Shown here: positions 57,394-64,000 of the stretch, one piece after another
Layout: each line of letters starts with the position of its first letter
Position numbering within the stretch: the stretch's first letter is position 1
Assembly: GCA_039714535.1 (NCBI GenBank)
Contig: JBDLJC010000001.1
Location: 73,059 to 137,058, forward strand
DNA length: 64,000 nt
Direction of reading: 5' to 3'
From: Thermodesulfobacteriota bacterium
Lineage (GTDB): Bacteria > Desulfobacterota > Desulfobulbia > Desulfobulbales > JAGXFP01
Program-made: the position numbers and the translations under genes
Notes under the pieces: generated by a model
What the model saw: the letters and a program-made list of their open reading frames with translations, nothing else
Database searches by the model: none
What the model was told of the DNA's origin: nothing

Positions 57394-58686
57394 ATGCTGT
57401 TGATCTATAACCTGTTACAAATAATTCTGGTAATTTTTCTGCTGCCGATTCTGCTGGTGTTCGTGTTACTGACCCCTAAATATCGCAAGGCAACGTGGCT
57501 GCGGCTCGGTTTTGGTTTGCATGATCTGGTGCGGCATCTTTCGGTTGGCCGACCGCGGATCTGGGTCCATGCCCTGTCGGTTGGCGAAGTCTCTTCGGCT
57601 CGGGCCCTGGTTCGGAGACTCAAGCAGGAGTATCCCGATGGCGTCTTGATCTTTTCGGCCTCGACCAGTTCGGGCCACAGATATGCGGCCTCGGTCTTGG
57701 CTGGGCAGGTGGATATACAGGTGCCATTTCCCCTGGATCTTTTTTGGAGTGTGGAGCGATTTGTCCGGCTTCTTGCCCCGGATGTTTTTGTCTTGGTCGA
57801 GACGGACCTCTGGCCGAATTTCCTTGCTTCACTCGAACGCCATGGCGTCCCGGCCTTGCTGGTCAATGGGCGAATATCCGCAGAGTCGTTTCAGAAGTAT
57901 CTTCGGTTCAGGTTCCTTTTTACTCCCCTGTTCAGGAGCTTTAAATATATGGCCATGCAGACCGAGGCCGATGCCGGGAAGATGAAACAGCTGGGGGTAT
58001 CGGCTGATCGTTTGCTTGGCCTTGGCAACCTCAAGTACGGGGTGCTGGATGAATCGGGCCAACCCAGTCTGAGCAGGCGAACCCTGGCGGCCGAGGAACT
58101 GGCCGATAAACGACTCTGGGTTGCTGGTTCCACCCATCCAGGCGAAGAGGAAATAATCCTCAAGGTATATCAGCAGTTACGGCGGGTCTTTAATGATCTC
58201 TATTTGATCATCGCGCCGCGTAATGTCGAGCGTGGGGGGGAGATAGCTGCTATGGCCGGCAACTTAGGTCTTAAGGCGGTCCGTCGTAGTGAGGGGGGCA
58301 GTCTGGCCGATGACCTGTTAATCCTTGATACACTTGGTGAGTTGGCCGCTGTTTACGGATTAGCTGACTTTGCCTTTGTCGGCGGGAGTCTGGTCAGGGA
58401 GAGGGGCCATAATCCTTTGGAACCGGCGGCCTTTGCCAAGCCCGTTATCTTTGGGCCCTATATGGAAGATTTTACTGAGATTGCCGGGGATCTGCTTGCT
58501 GTTGGCGGGGCATGCAGAGTTGATGGTGAAAAGGCGATGATCTCGATTCTTGAAAAATGGCTGGGCGACGATAAAGACCGGCAGGCGGCCGGGCAATGTG
58601 CGGCTCGTTTTGTCGAAGATCAGGGTGGGGTGACGGCTAGGCATGTCGACCTGGTGCGCCAGGTAATTAATGAGAGAAAAGAGTGA
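57394..58686 (+). CDS. waaA: 3-deoxy-D-manno-octulosonic acid transferase
   Basis: IWVHALSVGE and the C-terminal GGSL...GHNPLEPA are characteristic of KdtA. Confidence 0.85.
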   Translation: MLLIYNLLQIILVIFLLPILLVFVLLTPKYRKATWLRLGFGLHDLVRHLSVGRPRIWVHALSVGEVSSARALVRRLKQEYPDGVLIFSASTSSGHRYAASVLAGQVDIQVPFPLDLFWSVERFVRLLAPDVFVLVETDLWPNFLASLERHGVPALLVNGRISAESFQKYLRFRFLFTPLFRSFKYMAMQTEADAGKMKQLGVSADRLLGLGNLKYGVLDESGQPSLSRRTLAAEELADKRLWVAGSTHPGEEEIILKVYQQLRRVFNDLYLIIAPRNVERGGEIAAMAGNLGLKAVRRSEGGSLADDLLILDTLGELAAVYGLADFAFVGGSLVRERGHNPLEPAAFAKPVIFGPYMEDFTEIAGDLLAVGGACRVDGEKAMISILEKWLGDDKDRQAAGQCAARFVEDQGGVTARHVDLVRQVINERKE

Positions 58687-59720
58687 TGAATAAATTGCGC
58701 CGATTGGCCTTTCTTTTGGGGCGGCCGCTGTCTCCCCTGTACGGAGCCCTGATGAGAAAAAGGGCCGATTGGTACCGATCCGGGGTCATGGAGAGTATCG
58801 ACTTGTCTGTACCGGTGATCAGTGTCGGTAATCTGACCATGGGCGGCACCGGTAAAACGCCGCTGACAATATATGTCGCCGAATGTCTGTTGGCCGCCGG
58901 TTATAAGCCGGCGATAGTTAGTCGTGGTTATGGTGGTAAAGCTCGCCAGGAGGTTAATCTGGTTAGTGACGGTAAACAATGCCTGCTTGATGTCGTCCAG
59001 GCTGGAGATGAGCCCCGCTTAATGGCCGAGGCCCTGTCGGGAGTAGCTGTCGTCACCGGGGTGAAAAGACCGGTAGCCGCGGATTTTGCGGTTAAAGAGC
59101 TGGGGGTGGATGTTGTCATTCTGGATGACGGTTTTCAGCACATGGCCCTGCAGCGCGATCTTGACTTGGTCCTGTTTAAGGCTCCAGGTTTTATGGGGAA
59201 TGGCCGAGTCTTTCCAGGCGGTGAACTGCGGGAACCGGTCAAGGCCCTGGGCCGAGCCCATGCCTTTGTGCTTACCGGGATTGATCGTCAAAATCAACTG
59301 GCGGCGGAGGATTTTAAAAAGTTTCTTGGCGAGGAATTCCCTGGCAAACCGGTTTTTATGGCGGGATATCGTTTTAAGTCTCTAATTGATCAGGCCGGCG
59401 AGTCGGTTGGCAAAGAGGTTCTTAATCAAAAGCTCTACGGTTTTTGTGGGTTGGCTGAACCGGGTGGCTTTTTGCGGACAATCAGTGAGCAGGGGGGGAG
59501 CCTCTTTGGTTTTTCTGTTTTTCCTGATCATCATCCCTACACTGTGACTGATTTGGATAATCTGGTTGCCGCTGCCGGTGATTTTGGTTGTGATGCCCTG
59601 TTGACTTCGGAGAAAGATATGGTCAAGCTAAGGGATCTTCCCTGTCGTCTGCCGATTTACGCTCTCACTGTTGAATTAGATCTTCCCGCATCGTTCCGGA
59701 GCCTGTTGCTGGCCATTTGA
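58683..59720 (+). CDS. lpxK: Tetraacyldisaccharide 4'-kinase
   Basis: P-loop VGNLTMGGTGKTP, SRGYGG and DDGFQH. Confidence 0.85.
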   Translation: MMNKLRRLAFLLGRPLSPLYGALMRKRADWYRSGVMESIDLSVPVISVGNLTMGGTGKTPLTIYVAECLLAAGYKPAIVSRGYGGKARQEVNLVSDGKQCLLDVVQAGDEPRLMAEALSGVAVVTGVKRPVAADFAVKELGVDVVILDDGFQHMALQRDLDLVLFKAPGFMGNGRVFPGGELREPVKALGRAHAFVLTGIDRQNQLAAEDFKKFLGEEFPGKPVFMAGYRFKSLIDQAGESVGKEVLNQKLYGFCGLAEPGGFLRTISEQGGSLFGFSVFPDHHPYTVTDLDNLVAAAGDFGCDALLTSEKDMVKLRDLPCRLPIYALTVELDLPASFRSLLLAI

Positions 59721-59989
59721 GTTTTTTGCCGTCGACCTTCAGTTAATCTGACAACGTTAAGGTGTTTTGATTTGCCATCGTTGTGTTTTTTTTTCCACAA
59801 ATATCCGATGTCTTTCTGGCGTTGTTGTGTTTTCGTCCTGTTTAACCCCTTGTTTATGCATGTTTTTGCGTGGTAGTCGTTTTTGTCGTCATTGTGGCCC
59901 GTTAATTGCACTGATACTGGCGAGGGTTGCACTGTGGTTGTAACCACATACATTCTGAATACAAGAGAAATTAAGATATTGGGATCCAC

Positions 59990-60988
59990 ATGAAAGGCTT
60001 TTTGAAGAAAATTCATCCTCACCAACATACCCTGAGTAAAGAGATTAGTTTCAGTGGTATCGGTTTGCACTCCGGGCTGCCTATCGCAATGAAGATCAAA
60101 CCGGCCAAGCCCGATACCGGTATTCGCTTTTTTCGTACGGATCTTCAACAAGAGATTCCCGCGATGATGGACAGGGTAGTTGATACCACTCTGGCAACGA
60201 CTATCGGGGCAAACGGTGCTTCTGTTTCGACCACGGAACATCTGCTGGCCGCTTTGGCCGGACTGGGGATCGACAATGCACTTGTCGAATTGAATGGTCC
60301 CGAGGTTCCGATCATGGATGGCAGCTCCGCTCCTTTTGTTCACATCATCAAACGAATTGAACGCAAGCGTCAGGATGTCTGCCGGAAATTACTCAAGATT
60401 ACCAAGGAGATATCATTTCAGGCCGGTGACACCATGATCCGCTTGCTCCCGTACGATGGTTATAAGGTTACCTGCGAGATTGATTTTGATCATCAGTTGA
60501 TTCGCAAGCAGAAATATACGGTGGATGTCAATTCCAAGAGGTTTATTAAGGAGATCTCTGCGGCCCGGACCTTTGGCTTCATGGATCAGATTGAGGAACT
60601 CAGGGCCAATGGCCTGGCACTTGGCGGCTCCCTTGCAAACGCGGTGGTTATCGATCAGACCAAGGTGCTTAATATTGAGGGGTTGCGCTTCTCTGATGAG
60701 TTTGTCCGCCACAAGGTTCTTGATCTTATCGGTGATCTGGCTCTGCTTGGCTGCCAAATAATCGGTCGTGTCGTGGCCTCAAAATCTGGTCATGGTCATC
60801 ATCTTGGTTTGATGAAGGAGATTGTGGCCCATCCGGAGTGTTGGGAATTTGTGACTCTGGAGAAAAACGAGAAAGAGGGCGTGCTGGCCAAAGTAGTTTC
60901 CTCGACCAAGGAAGCTGGCAACTTGATCCTGCCCTTTCTGGTTCCCTCTAATCCGGTGGCAACGGCACCTTCTTTGCGAGGCTCCTGA
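59990..60988 (+). CDS. lpxC: UDP-3-O-acyl-N-acetylglucosamine deacetylase
   Basis: Contains GIGLHSG, TTEHLLAAL, HKVLDLIGDL and SGH. Confidence 0.9.
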   Translation: MKGFLKKIHPHQHTLSKEISFSGIGLHSGLPIAMKIKPAKPDTGIRFFRTDLQQEIPAMMDRVVDTTLATTIGANGASVSTTEHLLAALAGLGIDNALVELNGPEVPIMDGSSAPFVHIIKRIERKRQDVCRKLLKITKEISFQAGDTMIRLLPYDGYKVTCEIDFDHQLIRKQKYTVDVNSKRFIKEISAARTFGFMDQIEELRANGLALGGSLANAVVIDQTKVLNIEGLRFSDEFVRHKVLDLIGDLALLGCQIIGRVVASKSGHGHHLGLMKEIVAHPECWEFVTLEKNEKEGVLAKVVSSTKEAGNLILPFLVPSNPVATAPSLRGS

Positions 60989-61023
60989 TTGCCAAAAGAT
61001 TAGATTGAGATATTTTGCTATCA

Positions 61024-61062
61024 AGGCCCAGCGGAACTTAGTTTCGGCTGGGCCTTTTTTTT
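61024..61062 (+). terminator. Rho-independent terminator after lpxC
   Basis: AGGCCCAGC pairs with GCTGGGCCT to form the stem, followed by a T8 run. Confidence 0.8.
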
Positions 61063-61173
61063 AGATTAGTAAAAATATATTTGTCATAGTCAGGTATTTT
61101 CTCTACTATCACTTATCTAAATATTCTTTGAATCTTATGATTTTGACTATTCTTGGCTCTAATGGAGATAAAT

Positions 61174-62010
61174 ATGGAAATAACAGGCAAGATTGGCTTC
61201 CTCGGGGGTGGGCAGATGGCGGAGGCCCTCATCAAAGGCATTGTTCAGGCTGGGCTTTTTGCTGCGGAGCAGATTGTCGCGGTTGATCTGGCCGAAGAGC
61301 GCCGACAACTGTTGGCGGAGCAATATATGGTTAATGTGGCAGAAGACTCTGCTGGGTTGTCTGATTGTGCAGTCGTGGTTCTGGCGGTTAAACCTCAGGT
61401 GTTACCCGGTCTTCTGCAGAGTACGAGGGCGCATTTTAACAAGAGGCAACTGGTGATCTCAATTGCCGCCGGGGTCTCTCTTGGCGTCCTGGAGTCAAGT
61501 CTTGCCGGCTGTGATTGCCGGCTGGTTCGGGTGATGCCCAATACCCCGGCGTTGATAATGGAGGGCGCCGCAGCCCTGTGTGGCGGTACTCTGGCCAATG
61601 ATGATGACCTGAAAATTGCTACGGCCATTTTCGATGCTGTTGGTAAGAGTGTGGTTCTTAGTGAAGCGGAAATAGATGCTGTAACCGGCTTGAGCGGTAG
61701 CGGTCCCGCTTACGTGTTCTCTTTTATTGAGGCCCTGATTGATGCTGGGGTCAAAGTCGGTCTTAATCGGGGTGTTGCCGAAACCCTTGCCTTGCAGACG
61801 ATCTTGGGTTCGGTGAAGCTGGCCATTGATACCGGGAAGCATCCGGCTGATTTACGGGGGATGGTTACTTCGCCGGGTGGCACCACCATTGCCGGTCTTC
61901 ATGAAATGGAAAGGGCGGGCTTCCAGGGTATAATAATGGATGCGGTTGAGGCGGCCACCAACCGTTCTCGCGAACTTGGTGAGATTGCGGCTGAGCGAGT
62001 TGGTAATTAA
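61174..62010 (+). CDS. proC: Pyrroline-5-carboxylate reductase
   Basis: IGFLGGGQMAEA, VKPQ and SPGGTT. The ATG at 61174 follows ggag. Confidence 0.9.
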   Translation: MEITGKIGFLGGGQMAEALIKGIVQAGLFAAEQIVAVDLAEERRQLLAEQYMVNVAEDSAGLSDCAVVVLAVKPQVLPGLLQSTRAHFNKRQLVISIAAGVSLGVLESSLAGCDCRLVRVMPNTPALIMEGAAALCGGTLANDDDLKIATAIFDAVGKSVVLSEAEIDAVTGLSGSGPAYVFSFIEALIDAGVKVGLNRGVAETLALQTILGSVKLAIDTGKHPADLRGMVTSPGGTTIAGLHEMERAGFQGIIMDAVEAATNRSRELGEIAAERVGN

Positions 62011-62831
62011 TGAGAATAAGTAAGGTCGGCATAATTCTCAAGCAGGACTCTGATGCATCGAGGCGGATTGGTATCGAACTTGCGGCCTGGCTGCAGGAGA
62101 GGTCAGTAGACTCCATCCTTGATCAGATTACTGCCGATATGGACCTGCTCGTCATTCTTGGTGGTGATGGCACCCTGCTGCACGTTGCCTGTCAGGCCAG
62201 CCGTTTTAAAATCCCGGTGGTCGGAGTCAACCTGGGCAGTCTTGGTTTTTTAACTGAAGTATCTGTTGAGAATCGTTATGAGGCCCTGGAAAAGATTCTG
62301 GCCGGTTCGGTGGTTATTGAGGATCGGCTGATGCTTAAGTCCAGACTCTGCCAGGGCGAGTCTGGGACCTCAGATTGGTCCTATGCCTTGAATGATGTGG
62401 TCATCAGTAAGGGCAATATTGATCGCCTGGCCAGAATGGAGGCCTGGGCTGATGATGAGTTTATTACATCTTACCGGGCCGATGGTCTTATCTTTTCTAC
62501 TCCGACCGGTTCAACGGCTTACAATCTGTCGGCCGGTGGCCCCATTATCCATCCGGAAATGCATTCTATCATGCTTACGCCAATATGCCCTTTTATGTTG
62601 GAAAGCAGACCAGTTCTTTTGCCACATACCGTCAGGTTGATGACCAGGGTTGCCGGTCAAACCGACGACATTAAAGTTATTGTCGATGGCCGTTCAACAT
62701 TCGACATGGCTGACGGCGAGCATTTGGAAGTAATGGCGGCAGAGAATCCTCTCCGTCTGGTTTGTTCACCCCACAAGGGTTATTTTGAAATCCTGCGAAG
62801 TAAACTTAATTGGGGCGGTAAAACTATCTGA
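62010..62831 (+). CDS. nadK: NAD kinase
   Basis: Contains GGDGTLL, GSLGFL, DGLI.STPTGSTAY. Confidence 0.9.
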   Translation: MRISKVGIILKQDSDASRRIGIELAAWLQERSVDSILDQITADMDLLVILGGDGTLLHVACQASRFKIPVVGVNLGSLGFLTEVSVENRYEALEKILAGSVVIEDRLMLKSRLCQGESGTSDWSYALNDVVISKGNIDRLARMEAWADDEFITSYRADGLIFSTPTGSTAYNLSAGGPIIHPEMHSIMLTPICPFMLESRPVLLPHTVRLMTRVAGQTDDIKVIVDGRSTFDMADGEHLEVMAAENPLRLVCSPHKGYFEILRSKLNWGGKTI

Positions 62832-63146
62832 TCAAGCGTTCTCTTCATCCGGGTTTATGGTCTGGTCTTCTTTCTCTTTAGCCATTGCGACTTTCCCGGC
62901 TTCGATAGCTTCATTCAGTGCTTTTTTCTTCTCGTCCAGATATTCCCGACCCCGATCCAAAGCTTCATCGGTTTTTTCCTTGAGCCCCTCCGGCAGGTTT
63001 TCTTTGAAATCGGCGCCGTATTCCGCCAGGATTCCCCTTGCTTCTTCACCGGTCTTGGTGGTCAGCAGCAGGGCGGTGGCTGCACCCAGCAGGGCACCGG
63101 TCAAGAAGATTGTGAATGATCCAGAACAGCATTCGTCTTTACTCAT
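62832..63146 (-). CDS. YtxH-domain protein
   Basis: An N-terminal hydrophobic helix (GALLGAATALLL) followed by a charged helical tail. Confidence 0.55.
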   Translation of the reverse strand: MSKDECCSGSFTIFLTGALLGAATALLLTTKTGEEARGILAEYGADFKENLPEGLKEKTDEALDRGREYLDEKKKALNEAIEAGKVAMAKEKEDQTINPDEENA

Positions 63147-63561
63147 CTGATTGCGCCTCCATGGTTTTTTTTGATTTCGGTCCGTGGATAAGATTGAAAA
63201 AAGATCTTATGCCGGTGCCGATGGTGTCGAGTTTGGTGATAGCCGGGGTCAGAGCCGATCTGATAAGGTTGCTGGTAAGCAATAGTGACTCGCCGGCATA
63301 TTTGGCGGTATTGATAATGGCGTCGGTTTGGGCAAGTTTGGTATTGATGTGATTAGACATCATCTGCATTTCCGTGGCAGTGCTGTTCAGTGAAGCAAGG
63401 ATAGAGGGGAGATTCTGATTGAGATTGTCCATCACCATTTCTGCACGACGAGCGGTCTGTTTGAGTTGGACGAGGAGGGGAATCAGAAAGAACATTAAGA
63501 TTATTATCGAAATGCCCGCAATGATCAGAAACAGATCTGTCAGGTTTAAGGTCATTTCCAT
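63139..63561 (-). CDS. DUF948-like membrane-anchored protein
   Basis: A single N-terminal TM segment followed by a coiled region. Commonly paired with YtxH proteins. Confidence 0.5.
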   Translation of the reverse strand: MEMTLNLTDLFLIIAGISIIILMFFLIPLLVQLKQTARRAEMVMDNLNQNLPSILASLNSTATEMQMMSNHINTKLAQTDAIINTAKYAGESLLLTSNLIRSALTPAITKLDTIGTGIRSFFNLIHGPKSKKTMEAQSDE

Positions 63562-63770
63562 GTTAGTTGGTCTCCTTGCTGTAGGCTCATCTCTTTACAG
63601 TCAGGATATCAGATTAGATACAGATGAGCAATAGGATGTGTAGTAAGAAATCTTGGCCGTGCAAAGCAGGCTACGGGTTGCTTGGATTTTTGGCGATGGT
63701 GATGCTGGTACCCAACGATGGGATCACTATAGGACTGGCTCGGTCTTGTTGATGGCGGCCATTTTCCCGG

Positions 63771-64000
63771 TCAGGATGATTTGCTGATCTGGTACTTTTT
63801 CATTTTATACTGGAGCAGGCTTTTGGTGATGCCGAGGTTTTCGGCGGCGTGGGCCTGGATGTAATTGTTGTCGAGCATGGCAATTTCTATGAGATTCTTT
63901 TCTATGTTGTCGAGAAAGTCAGGCAATTTTACTCCAGCTGGAAGTTCGGTTAGAGATGTATTCTTACTTCCACCACTACTTGTCGGTAAAGGCTTGGTCT
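63771..64000 (-). CDS. C-terminal part of a Fis-type HTH regulator (probably a sigma-54 enhancer-binding protein), 5' end outside the window
   Basis: Hand translation ends ...LIEIAMLDNNYIQAHAAENLGITKSLLQYKMKKYQISKSS*, which is a Fis-type HTH. Confidence 0.6.
   Translation of the reverse strand, partial: TKPLPTSSGGSKNTSLTELPAGVKLPDFLDNIEKNLIEIAMLDNNYIQAHAAENLGITKSLLQYKMKKYQISKSS

Overview
The window looks like a chromosomal segment from an anaerobic, Desulfobacterota-like bacterium, a lineage guess based on gene content only. G+C is about 50% by eye. Most of it is ordinary housekeeping:
- Secretion and envelope: tatC, secDF, two tatA paralogs, murJ, waaA-lpxK-lpxC.
- Central and biosynthetic metabolism: purQ-like, purM, gpmI, thrC, class II aldolase, ilvY-ilvC, proC, nadK, mogA.
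- Nitrogen uptake: glnK-amtB.
- Translation: rsfS, an EF-G paralog, rsmE, tRNA-His.

The accessory content stands out in these places:
1. An AT-rich island of about 7.5 kb (about 41.0-48.6 kb) lies next to tRNA-His. All its genes are on the minus strand, and the gene units are separated by structured imperfect palindromes with integron attC-like architecture. No integrase is visible.
   - It carries a recognisable DUF4297-HerA anti-phage module.
   - Directly upstream is a translationally coupled pair that I cannot assign to any named system: a 170-aa DUF4365-like PD-(D/E)xK protein and a 376-aa orphan protein. This pair is my best candidate for an undescribed defence system.
   - It also carries several small secreted, lipoprotein or membrane cassettes.
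2. A nine-gene operon with overlapping stop and start codons (26.8-35.2 kb) embeds four unusual genes in a TonB-dependent uptake locus. These are a BadF/BcrAD-type ATPase activase, a 2-hydroxyacyl-CoA-dehydratase-family protein, a NapH-like polyferredoxin and a DsbD_2-like membrane protein.
3. A pentaheme cytochrome gene has an in-frame TGA followed by a hairpin. It is either a selenocysteine codon or a pseudogene.
4. A MITE-like intergenic repeat family is dispersed across the window, and a 28-bp inverted-repeat pair brackets a secreted-protein gene.

All calls rest on motif recognition in the supplied translations and hand inspection. Coordinates of non-ORF features were hand counted. No searches were run.
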